NCBI GenBank assembly: GCA_050230475.1
Contig: JBFLGF010000186.1
Span: forward strand, 1 to 58,000
Reading direction: 5' to 3'
From: Ancylonema sp.
Taxonomy: Eukaryota
Length of the DNA: 58,000 nt
The position numbers were made by a program, and so were the translations under genes. Every line of letters starts with the position of its first letter. Position 1 is the first letter of the stretch. The notes below the pieces were generated by a model. It did no database searches. It was not told where the DNA came from and worked only from the letters and a program-made list of their open reading frames with translations. This document shows positions 1-12,137 of the stretch, piece by piece.

Positions 1-221
1 GGGGGGAAGGGGTCAGCCACAGTCTTATACACTATTATAGACCCGTCCTCCCCCCCCCCAGAATAAGTAAATAACAGATCACTGATTCAAAAAGGAAAGA
101 ATGAAAGAAAGAAGGAAAGAAATGTAAAGTGAAGCGGAGAGAGATATGAAAGAAAGTAAACAAATGTGGAATACCGTGTGTTTAAAAAAAAATTGTAATT
201 TATTTCTTTCTTGTCCCTCAG

Positions 222-2096
222 GAGATATAGCCCCCGAGGGGTTGATGGTCCACGAAGGCCTGGGATTGGTGGATGTCGCCCGAACTCAAGTTTTGTATCT
301 GTGGGAAACTGTGCGTCAGCCGAGCATTCTCCTCCCCACTATCTTCATCTTCGTCTGGCAAGCCACGCCTGTGTCCGATACCGCCATGTTCTTCTTCACG
401 TGAGTGGAGGGAAAATTTATGGATAGGAAATGTGGTTTTGGGAAATATGCTCAAGTCTAGTCAATTTGATAGCAGCCCAGCTCATGTTGATTGTCTTTTG
501 TTGCCTCCCCCCCCCCCCCTGATGTTCTTAGGGTGATTGTCACGTGTCTAGGGAATTCCAGATTAATGTTTTTTGGTATTGTGGTTATTTGGGATTTTTT
601 TTCTGCATCAGTACCCTATCCCACTGCTCCTCATATGCAAAACATTTGGCTCACTGGGATGGATGTCTGTTGCGGATACTGTTCAGAATCGGGAATCTGG
701 AATATTTGACCATTTTTTGTCACCTTAAATATCTTCTGATGAGATACTCTGATCAAGCACGTATTCCTTCCAGTTTGTGTCTGTATATGAGATCAGGTCT
801 CTCCTTCAGTGATATGATTCAGGGTGTAATATCTTTCCCTCCCAACACAAACGCATGTCGTTCAGGGTGTGATTTGTGTTCGTCCCCATAAAAATCCATG
901 TCGTTCTCATGTCTGTCTTCTTTGTGACTGCAGCACAAACAAGCTCGGAGTCGGACCTGAATTTCTCGGGAGGGTGCGGTTGGTGACGTCAGTAGCTTCC
1001 CTGGTGGGAGTGGGGATTTTTAACACGTATTTGAAGGAGGTGTCTCTGAGGAAGATATTTTTTTGGACTACTGTCATCGGGTGTGCGCTGGGTTCTACCC
1101 AGGTGGGTGAGGGAAAGGGGGTACGTGTCAGCGTATCTGGATTTATTTATTTATTTTGTTGGAATTGGTGCTGGTTATGCAGTTGGTTTCATGGTCACCT
1201 TTTCTAATCACTTTTATGTAGAATAATTCCTCCTTCCACATTTTTGCCAGCAGTCACACAAGGGTTTGGTTTTCAGGCCTACAGTCACAGCCATCTTTTC
1301 GAACGAATTGACATGACAATGCACACTAACATGTTTCTTGGACGCAGACATTTGATCATATCTTTGCAGATCTTTCTATCAGACTGGGGTCTATTTTGAA
1401 CTTTTTTTCTGATTCTGGACTGAATGTACCCGCCTGGTATTGTCAATCCGTGCAGTTGCTCCTGGTGACGGGATTGAATCGCAGTTGGGGGATCAGTGAT
1501 CAGTTTTTTGCAGCGGGGGATTCCCTTGTTCTCACTGTGCTTGGTCAGGTGAGAGAGGATGGCACCCTGCAGATGGAGGTCCGATGCACTTGTAGTCTGC
1601 ACAGGTGGCATCTGAATCAGTCATTTCGATGATCTTCATCTCCTGTAAGCATTAATACACAACAGACATGAGTGTATGTAGCAGGTTGCCTGTGTGATCT
1701 GTAGGGAGGCAGGCACGGGAACGCAAATAAAGCGAGGCAACCTTATTCGTCGAGAGGGGGTTTTCGTTGTGTGCCTGTGTGCAGGTCTCTTTCATGCCCA
1801 TCCTCGTGCTAGCAGCTCGTTTGTGTCCTCCAGGGGTGGAGGCCACCCTGTTTGCCACCCTTATGTCCGTCAGCAACGGAGCCGGCGTGACAGGTGGCTT
1901 GTTAGGCGCAGCTCTGACGCAGGGCCTGGGAGTGAGCAGCACCAACTTCGACAACCTGGCGCTGCTGCTGGTCATCTGCAATGTCTCCTCACTGCTGCCG
2001 CTTCCTTTTATAGGGCTGCTGCCGAGCGATGACGAGATGAATGCAGCTGTGGAGCAAGCGCAGTCAAAGATTGATGCTAGGAAGGAGGACGGATAG
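222..2096 (+). CDS. Folate/biopterin transporter (BT1 family, MFS), 3' part; exons 222-399, 934-1102, 1456-1548, 1785-2096; 5' exons lie upstream of the window
   Basis: GT-AG-bounded exons join in frame to give [84 protein letters not shown], typical of plant/cyanobacterial BT1 transporters; TAG stop ends at 2096. Confidence 0.92.
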
Positions 2097-2426
2097 CGCC
2101 GAGCAACAGGATTATGCTCGGGCTCTTTGAGATGCGGGAAATATCTTCAGTACATAGTACAACAGGCAGGGGGACTTGAGTGGATAGAGGAACGGAATAC
2201 AGCGCGTGTTTGGAACACATCTCTATTGACCTCGACGTTTTGCGCATCAACAACTAGGAAATCGTTTCATATCCTTCTGCAATGACCTTAAGTCAGTGTA
2301 AAGTAACTCTGTACATCAGAAGATTTTTGTACAATACTGCTCCCAAAAAGGACCCTCATCACCGAGTCTCACACCGAACAAAGTTGGCTTTGTACAATAA
2401 AATGGTGATAAACCGAATATACAATG

Positions 2427-5400
2427 CTAGACTACGTCAAAAATTGCACCACCAGCCAGCACCACTAATATCAGCACGCAACCTCTGGCCAGGATTCTTC
2501 GAGCACTATTCCATGGGCTGGTGGAAAGCACTTTCATTGTTCGAGTGCCACTCGAAGATAGTCTCTCCGAATATCGCTGGTCGTCCTCATCATGTCCCTG
2601 TACCTTCTCCTGTACGGATTGTGTTGCGCTATCATGAGATCCGCTGGACAAAAGTTCTGCACACAAGGGAGACAGCTGAAGTGAAATCAGTTGCAATCCG
2701 ATAATCGGGCCGCAAAAGGTGTGCAATCCTGCAAGAACTGCGAAACGATCAACGGTTACACCTGGAGAATGTCATTAAGTGATCCAGTGGTGTGTTGTAC
2801 CTCTCAGCTTTGCCACCTCCTGTTTGAGTCTCTTGTTTTCCTCAGCCACAACCAACGGAGAACCAAAAGAACCTTCGTTTACGGTAGCTTCATTTCGCAT
2901 TAGCTTCGCACGTTGAGCGAATTTGAGAGTCGACAACGTCTCCTCGCACGCCCCCTCGGCTGGACTGATGTTGGCAATGAGAGTGCACTTCGAGGTCCCG
3001 CCAAGAGCATCCTGCAATCGTGAATAAACAAAAGGGTCACTCCTCTTCTTCTTAAATGAATTAGAGGTCATAAAAAAAGTCGAAATCTATATGAGGAACA
3101 TTTCTCTGGTGAGAGCTGGTTACATTTGAAACAATCATCGTTCTCCAAGACAAGGATTAGTCAAAGAAGTGAGGAGTGAGGATTTTTTGTGGATGCAGGG
3201 GGGTGGTGCGGTCACGGACCTTGAGAAGGTACGTGAGCTTTGAGTCTCGATACGGGACGTGACGCGATTTCTTTTCGCCAGTGTCAACCAGAGCCTAAGG
3301 AAAGGAAGGGGAACAGGATGAGAAACAGATTTTTGATTTGGGAAATGGAAAGACTGACATGACCACGAGACCGCCTGATATAAACCTACTCGGAAAAACT
3401 TTGACAATAGCCCACACCCACACAACTTCATCTGAACGCTTGTTGGCAGAGGCTTGTAGAACACACTCATGAAGCATGATGAAGGGAGCATTGGAGACCT
3501 TGATCACATGTCCGAGGGCAGATAACGACTTGTTGATACTTCCCGCTTCTTTCAAACGCACACCAGCAGCTTCTGTGTGCTTTTGCCGTTCTGAGCCAGC
3601 CAAGTCCACCAAATAGAAATTGGACGTTTTGCAACTCGTCATACCCTCTTCATCAGTCCTCTGGACAGGGAAAGGAAATAGCCTCGGATCAGTACCTCGA
3701 AAGTCGCCATTTTTTTCCTACAACTCACATATATGTGAAGACCGCACTTCCGGCCATGAGGTTATCAAAGAGGCCTCCCAATGAAAGTCATGCAGGACTA
3801 TCTGAGCGCGAGCTCAACAGTGTTCCATAGCAAGAGTGTATAATCTTTTGCATCCCTGCATAGGGTACTGAACGGAGGTTTCCGTCACCTCACCTGAGAT
3901 TCCATTGTAATGGTGAAAACACTGTGAGACCGCGAGCTTTCCTCATTCATTGCTGTAAGACCTGTTTGTCGATTTTGAGATCCCGTCTTGAAGACCTGCC
4001 ATTCGCAAGGGGCAGGTCAGAGGTGTACGGCTATCTGCGAATGGCAGGTCAGACTTGCAGGAGGGAGGATTGACTTATGAAGTAAGAAGAATTGAGAGGA
4101 AGAGGTGTAAACTCACAAAGTATGTGGCCTCTGCACTGGACACCAGCACCTCTTGCAGACCTTCGACAAACATGCCTCTTCGATTGTCTTCTCGAATGCC
4201 TGGAGTCAGTCATATAGCAACGCCACAAGTATAAATAAAATTTGAAAGGTACTGGAGTAAAAAGGTTGGCGAAAATGACAAATCAGAATAAGAGGATTCT
4301 GGAGCAACCAAATGAGCGAGTTCTGCTTTTGAACAAAGTAGCTGCCATATCGGAGATTGTATGATGATTCGGTGATCATTGCCACAAAAGGATTCTCAAA
4401 TAACTTTTCACTCAGATGACATCGTACTCCATTTCGTCCTTACTCAAATTTTGTGCACTCGGATTCAAAAGATCCAACACCTGCTCGTTGTAAATCTGCC
4501 AAGAATACATAACAAGGCCTCAGTCACGAAACAGATACGCTTACACCTGATCATGCCCAGCTGCATAACACCTGGTATCCAGTGGGTTCAATGTAAGGAT
4601 GTCTGCATAACTTCATTTTGTGTGACCTGATGTTAGGTCGATATTGCCTAGGGTAATTTGGAGGAACTAGTCAAGAATAATTGAACAAATCATGCTATGA
4701 TTTGTTTATACAGCGCGTCTAAAATTATGTGATTCAATTGAGAATAAGGAAGGCCTATACCTGCAGGTATGAACATCGCACTTCAAAGTCCACGTTGTTG
4801 CCTTCCTGATATCCCCACCCTCAATCAAGACACGTTCAGCTATGTACAGAGATAGACTACACTGCAAAGCAATATTGCTTAGAACCCGTGTATCTACCAG
4901 GAGTCTGTGTGCACCTGGGCCTTGCTTGTTGCCATGCAGGAAAAAATGTATTGAAGCACACGAGGAATAAGACCCTGATGTGTCAATGCATCTGCCGACG
5001 CATTCTCTCCACATCCTGTACCTGCATGTCCACCGAAGCAAACGACCTTGAAAGGGAATGGGAAATTCTTATAAGAAGCATGTAGCGGTTATTCAGAACC
5101 ATGTTCGGGGACTGCCACTGTCATATGAATGTCCTTCAGAAAGATTCTCCCAGTTTCGTAGCAATAGAGAGCCTCGGCCTGACCTTCCATCGTGTAGGTT
5201 TTCCCTGCTCCCGTCTGGCCTGCAAACAAAAACACAGCTTGAACGATGCATCAGCATGTGCATAGTGAGATGCTACTTGTACAGCTACATATCTTACGAT
5301 ATTGAAAATGAGGGACATACAACTAAAAATGTACCGACAAAATGCTGGATCCGGACCTTTACTACATGCTTAAAGACTTTGGTCTGGAAAATAAACTAAA

Positions 5401-5870
5401 ATGACAGACATGTCTGACATTTCTGAATGTTCATACTGGAAGTGCATAATTAGAATACGTGAACATGTGAATACGTGAATGCTTGAATACCTGAATATCT
5501 GAATCCGCCACTACGGGCGTATTCGCCTGTACTGACGAAAGCCTGTAAAGTGAGTCAACTTACCATATGCTAAAAGGCAGCAGTGATATCCTAGCATACA
5601 GGCATCCGTGATTGGCTTCCCGACTGCCGTGAAAAGCTCCTCTTGCATGATATCCTCGTCAGCCAGAAAGTCAAACGTGAAGCTTTTTGGAAGGGGCTTA
5701 CTCAATGTGAGCGACTTCGTGACCTTATCAACGAAAGTGCATTTCTCATTCTCAAGTTGTCTTTCACGAGAATTGAGCGGTCTTACTCTCACTACCACCT
5801 GAACATTACTAATCGGTGCAGGGGCTTCGTCAATACCTCCATCATGCAAATTTTCCAAAGCTGTATCCAT
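2427..5870 (-). CDS. Kinesin-12 (KIF15/PAKRP-like) motor protein, ~469 aa; exons 5870-5564, 5219-5184, 5021-4915, 4805-4761, 4495-4444, 4199-4117, 3995-3894, 3660-3499, 3294-3220, 3011-2801, 2656-2427
   Basis: Phase-consistent GT-AG splicing gives VRVRP, P-loop [13 protein letters not shown], switch I NEESSRSH, switch [23 protein letters not shown] and [23 protein letters not shown] (kinesin-12-like neck). The last exon is less certain. Confidence 0.9.
5455..5505. repeat. Degenerate 8-bp tandem repeat (TGAATACG-like) in kinesin intron 1
   Basis: aatacgtgaacatgtgaatacgtgaatgcttgaatacctgaatatctgaatc. Confidence 0.7.
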
Positions 5871-6804
5871 GGCTACGGTATGAACGCGAAAAATTTTCAC
5901 GAATTCAGGTGAATCAATGCGACTCTACGGCTGGTGATTCCGAGCTGGAGAGTAAGCACTTCAAGGGGTCTCTCGCATGTATATTCTTCGGCGTCCTTGA
6001 CATGGCGCCAAAACTTCCCTCAGCGTCACGGTTCGAAAGGTTTCGATACGTCGTCAACGTATCGAAATGGCGCCACTGAGCCTCCGTTGACTTAGAGTAT
6101 GTAGCAGCGTTGACCCAAGATGTTGTTTCGATACGGGTTCGATTCATACTTGACTCGCACTGGAACCAACTTCCGGTTCCGCGAACTTTCGTGTGAACTT
6201 TTGTGGTGCTGTTGAGTGGCCGGAGGGGCGCAATTTGTGGACTCCGTCCCCGCACGATTGTTGACCTGGTCACGAACCGGCAAAAAGACTAAAGGTGTGA
6301 TCAGGACCCGTTTGTTATCACGAAAACCAGATTCAGCTGACTCCCCTGCTCCCACTGGGAGCATGGGGAAAAAAATAGGACTGTCTGCACGGAAGCCTGG
6401 CTGAAGCGGTACGAGGTACCGTGGAACACATGGGCGGCTTCCTTCGTACAGGATAGTTTTTCCTACTTTCAAGCGCAAAACTCTTGGCTGCCAGGCAGCA
6501 GCGATGGTCATATGAGGGCGGATAGTTGTACAGAACATGCAATCTAGTCTGATGCAGGAAGGCGTCGAGGAGTGTAGGCATTACACGCACAAATTAGTAT
6601 ATGTTCTTCCTACTTAATGACGGCTTTATTTACGATGGCGCAAAACAGTGGCAAAGTGTTCAAAATTTAGGAAAGCGATTTTGTGTGTGCAATTCTCGTA
6701 TTAGGACTACTCGTATATCATTCGAGCAGTGTTTCTGTAGGCTGGTGAATTTATAGATCAAGGTGCCCACAAACTCTTGGAGACGTTCTCCAGCTGCACC
6801 AAGT

Positions 6805-9800
6805 ATGAGCCTCTTTGGTTGCTGTGGTTCCAAAAAACATGTCAGAACCATTGAAAAACGAAATACAAAGAGCGTCCTTGGGAATCTGCATTCGGCCATC
6901 GTAGCGGTGACACTCGGGTGTGTACTCAAAACCGAAAAATAACATGGACTGAACATGAGTTATTGCATTTTTGCCCGCGGCCTACCAATATCACTTGAAC
7001 CTGGCACATCGATCCTTCAACAAGCTGAGATGAATTCACGATGCGTGTCGACTTTTTTGAAGTTCGTAAAGTCAGCTCATAATGTAGACCTACCCTTGGT
7101 GTTTGCATACAGCAACGATGGTAAAGAACAATCTGGACTCCTCCTTTCTACGTCACTTGTAATGACCACACACGGCACCGTGCCAAGCCGAGCTTTGGCC
7201 GAGCATGGACACGTGACTCTGTACCAGACAGCAGCTGGGCAACAAGGGACAGATCCTACCAAAAAGTACGGAAAAACCAAGACCAGGAGGAAGCTGCTAC
7301 CAAAAAGGTGAACCTCACACTCGGCTCCAGTCACCTATTTCCTCATTTGTTGCTGCAGGTTGCTGTGTATATATGTTGTTGCTTTCATGGAAGAGTAGAA
7401 ATGTAAGAGACCATCGTTCTCAGCTAAAAAATAAGAAAATCTAGTCGCACATCATGTAATAATTGCTACCCAATTTTGTCGCACTTTGTTCGTGCTATAT
7501 AACAATATCAACTTCATTTGAAATAGTATTTCTGCTACAAATTTCAAAACAAGAGAGTGATCGATAGAATTTATTAACGAGCTTTCATTCGCAAATCTGT
7601 TACAAGATGAATTTAAATGTTCAAATTCTCAGGAATTCTTCTAGCTGTACATGAGCAGCCAGCGACTGTTCACAATCATGATGCCCCCCCTCGTCAATTA
7701 CAGGTTTTTCCTGACAAACAGGGCGCTCGATGTTACTATTCTTGCATGCGAGGATGCTGTGGCTGATGGGGTCAGTACGCTGAATCTGGATGTTAACCAT
7801 GGTAGTTATGAGGGAGATGATTTGTTAGACGTGGGAAATATGGTGTACGTGCTAGGGCACACAGACGACGCAATGGGTCACGATGCGGTGACAATGGGGG
7901 AAAGTATGGTGGCCGGCGAGGAATTCGAGTCGTCAGTAGTGATTTTGTGCGACTCGAGTAGGGGACAAAAAGTTTTCTCTCAAGGATCAGCGGGGTTCGA
8001 CAACAAGGGCGACTTCAGTTTCCTTGTCAGCCGGCCAGAGGAAGTTGTGGGGGACGGCACAATCATTCGTAAGCACAGGACATACATATCACAAGAAGTG
8101 ACAACTTGCAGAGTTTCACCCCTACAAACTCACAAAAGTTTGGAGAGCACAACATCGTCGGTATTGGGAAGGTGTTTGTAGTGCAAGCAAGATGACCAAA
8201 CGGGGCCGATCCAATGGATGACCTTGCTGCTTGTCGACAAGTCTGATCACTAAAATCGCTAGTTCTTTTCTGGAGCTTGCTATACAGACTATCAAGGGCT
8301 ACATCCACTCACTCAGTGAAGTAAACCTACTTTCATACTGTCTTCATGGCTGCTTTGTTCCCACTATCCTTGCTGTCCTCACGTTCCTTTTTCAGAAACG
8401 AAGCCTTCTTATTTTTCCCTTTCACGCAGAGAAGGTGGACAGAGCAACACAATCCGGTACCAGAATCAGCGCGATTGCAAACTGGCTTCTGGCGCACGGT
8501 GTGAAGAATCTGGATTCGTTGCCAACAGATCTACCCCAGACTGGCGTCACAAAGCCTCCAGCCAACTTGAGCCCTGCGAGAGATTCTCTGTCGTTGAAAC
8601 ACGTCCCAATCGCTGCCACCTCACCACCAGCGACTCTGCATCTCTCAAAGGATCATCTGGTCAACCAAACTCCACCCCCTGGGTCTGCGGAGAGCTCGAC
8701 AAAGACAGTACCGAGGTTTCACGAGGATGTCTACCACATAGAGCGATTCTCATCATCATCACTAGGCGAAGAAGAAGAGCTAGTGCATTCGACTATCGAG
8801 GACGGTACATCCACAGATAATGTGGCTGTCCTCTCTGAGCCGCAGACCAATTCAGACGCAGCCACCACCCAGAAACATATCAGTGATTCAGAAGCACTGA
8901 AGTTCAAGGGACGGTTGGGGGACGAGATTGTCGCAGATAACACAGAGCAGCTCAGGTGGATGCAAGCTGCTGCGAGTTCCACAAAAGAATCCTTGCCAGA
9001 AGGAGGAGAGTCAGACGTGACCCCTCCATCGAGTCCACCAGTCGCAACTCTAGAGGAGCAGACCATGCCAGAGAGTCCTGCCTTCATGGTCGACATCACC
9101 AACACGATGAGGGAAGGTGGAATACGAAGCCTCAAGGACGCAAACGGGACGGGCCAGATTCAAGCCGCCAAGACAGCCTCACCACGTGTACAAATAGCAA
9201 CTGCTGGCGCAGGTTTTCCGACAACAGCAGATCGTGGGGTCCGGAAATCGAACACTGATTGCGGTTCACCGCTTTCCAGCTTTGCTGCTGACTCGGTCAA
9301 GGGTATACTCGCAGGGTCTCCACCAGCTCCCCGGCCTCCCTGTTCCCCCCAACAGAAAGCTGCGCCTCCAACCCCACCATCCCCAACCCCATCCCCGACC
9401 CCCCATAAAACTGCGCAGAATGCATCCGAGGTTCAGCCAGACAGTGTACTCCTGGAGGCAAAGTTTGGGACACAGGAGAGCAGTGAGGAGAGTAGCACCA
9501 CCTGGTACTCCGCACCAACCACTCCACAGATTTCCCCAGTCAAGTCAGGGGCCTACGTTTTAGGGCAAGGCGATGCAGAGGTGTCCAGTCACCACGTGTC
9601 CCCCACCCCTACCCACACCCCCACCCAACCCCCAGCCCTCCCTCCCCAAGAGCTGAAGAACCGCATCCAGGGGTACGGCAACATGAGCCGGGCGCCAAAA
9701 TCGACCACTCCCCCTCGGGGCTCTCCAGGTCTGATAGGCACTCTTCTGCACGCAAACGTGGCGACATCCACAAAAGGCGTCCCCCATTCCCCCCCCGTCT

Positions 9801-11188
9801 CCCCAGGCCACTCCCCAACCCCCAAACCTGGCCAGCTAGCCAGCCAGTCACCTGCAGGTCTCAGCCCACCTCAGCCCCAACCGCCCACTGCTCCGCAGCC
9901 GCACCCGAAACCTGCCCCCGGAACAGAGAACCAACCAGAGCTCATGCTACCCCTCCCCCAACGAAGAAACCAGTCCCTGCCCGCCCCTGATTGCAAAGAC
10001 GACGCAGGTCGGTCCGCAAGTACCTCTTCCGCCGTGAGGAACAAGATTGAGGGGTACGGGAATGTGAGCCGAGTCATGCTGCCCGCCCAGACACGTGGGT
10101 CCAGGGGCCTGTCCCTGGCGACCCCCCTGAACCTCGTGGTGGACCTAGGGAAGGACCTGCGCGAAGTTGTGACCGACATTCGGGCCACGGCTGTGAGCGG
10201 GGCTGCAGCTCTGGGATTGGCTCCGAGGAAACCGGAGGTGGACGAGCACGGGGTGCCGCTGGAACAGATCAGAGCGATGGTGCAGAAAGCAAAGGAGGAG
10301 GTGAGGGGAATGGAATGGCATAGATGGAGAATTTTAATCATGTGTAAAAATAAATTGTAAAATAACTTTGGGGGTTACTCGGGTGTACGCCAAAATAATC
10401 AAGCATGTGGCGCATGTTGGGGCTTATGTTGAATGGACTTTCTTTTCTGGGAAGGCTCTCATCCAACCTCTAACCACGTTCAAGGTTGATACAAAAAGGC
10501 AACACCTGACGCATAAAACTGATCTTGCATTCACTAATTCGCATATTTTTTGTACGACCAATTCTTATTCTTATAACACGAGCACACAACAAACCTCCAA
10601 GCATGTCCCTCGATACAGTCCCAACCAACCTGTCAGCTGAAGGTGTTCCCTTTTCCTCCCTATTTGTCCCCCTTTCCTTCCCTTCCCTTCCCTTCCCTTC
10701 CCTGGCAGGATGATAGAAGGAAGCGATCTGAGGCCTATAAATCCGCCTCCAAGGAGTTGTTTTTGGGAAGAAGGAAAACCAACCGAAGCGGCACAGCCGC
10801 CATGGACGATAGTGGCACGGGCATGCCTCCCTGTACCGCTGACAACAGTAAGGAAGACCAGAGGGGGTCGCGTGGGAAGGACGGGAGCGAGGTTGGGGTG
10901 GGAGACGTGGCAAAAGGTGAGTATGTAGCATATGCCCCAATTCGCAATTTGTTTCCTTCCCCCCTCTCTCAGCCCCCCAAAAGATAGACTTCGGAAACAA
11001 GTTAGACAAAAAAGCTTCTGTGTAGCAATATATACTAAATGAGTAAATGAGTAAATGTACAATCACGTCTTGCAAGAATCATTCCCAGATAAGAGCTAAC
11101 AATGGGTAAAGATTCACCTTTCACAAGTATCCTTTCTGAAGATGCCAGCTCGACCCAGGTGATGAGCCCGTATGGCGTGATGAAGTGA
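6805..11188 (+). CDS. Uncharacterised plant-type protein with an N-terminal degenerate trypsin-like (PA clan) domain and a long Pro/Ser-rich disordered region; exons 6805-6917, 7113-7307, 7704-8068, 8430-10300, 10709-10916, 11142-11188
   Basis: Phase-consistent GT-AG model starting MSLFGCCGS. Motifs LVMTTHG, RFFLTNRALDVTI, MVYVLGH and SQGSAGFDNKGDFSFLV resemble a conserved land-plant trypsin-fold family recalled from memory. The long 8231-10360 ORF supports exon 4. Confidence 0.75.
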
Positions 11189-12137
11189 TGGAATGTCGTA
11201 GCTGGTATACGATGCTGATGTATACGAAGCTAATGTCGAGGTGCCCATGGATTTATTCGCAGGATATGGAACCACTTTTGTGATTGGGAACCAGAAAATA
11301 CACCCTGCAATAGAACCAGACGAAAAGCAGGTGCATTAATTATGGGTACAAGAGCAAAAGCAAAATACAGAACTGTGGTAGTATCGAACAATATTAATTG
11401 CATAGCGATAGCGCACAGAGAATCTACTGATCGCAGAGTGAGATCAACCACCATTGCGAGTCGATATGGTTGGTAGACAGGACATGACCGAAAAAAAATA
11501 AGGTGATTATGTAGAGAGTCATACCTGAAACATGTGAGACCCGATTTGAGTCTGGCGAGGAGAAAGTACCATAAAGTGCGTTCATAGCGGATTGTTACCC
11601 GATACTTTGGGCAGCACCTCCCCCATTCAATAGTCGCCAGATCAGAAGGCGGTAGGAACTTAGGGTAGGGGAACAAAGTTATTTGTTTTGCATCAATGTG
11701 ACCAGTTAAGATAATAATGATTTGATATATATTAAGAATAATAACGAATGAGCCTGAAAGAGGTGAAGCAAGTCTTGCATCTATCTGATGGATACTGGTG
11801 CTACAGATATAGCCATATGCACACTTATTAAATCATGAGAGCATAAACTTGCATTTCATTTTGATAGATCCGTTATGCAACCAAAATGAACACCCATGAA
11901 TCTTTTCATTCTTTACATGCATTGATCGACACATGGAAAACACAAATGTTGTAGGAGGAAATAGTTATTTGTAGAGATTACAATTGATCTGAAAAGTCAT
12001 GACCAACAGCACACAGGAATGTTGTAGGACGTGCTACTATATAGTCCACACCACTACACAAGAGTGTGTGAACCCACACTCGTTTCATTCCTCCGGAATG
12101 GCAATTGCTCGGTAGAATGTATGGTGCAAAACAATCA

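Noticed and set aside
4481..4495. Apparent 15-nt IYNEQ micro-exon in the kinesin
   Set aside because: The frame continues ([12 protein letters not shown]) to a better GTAAG donor at 4443, and the phase requires the 52-nt exon.
6085..6165. tRNA-like T-loop (gggttcgattc)
   Set aside because: No acceptor, D or anticodon stems could be formed around it.
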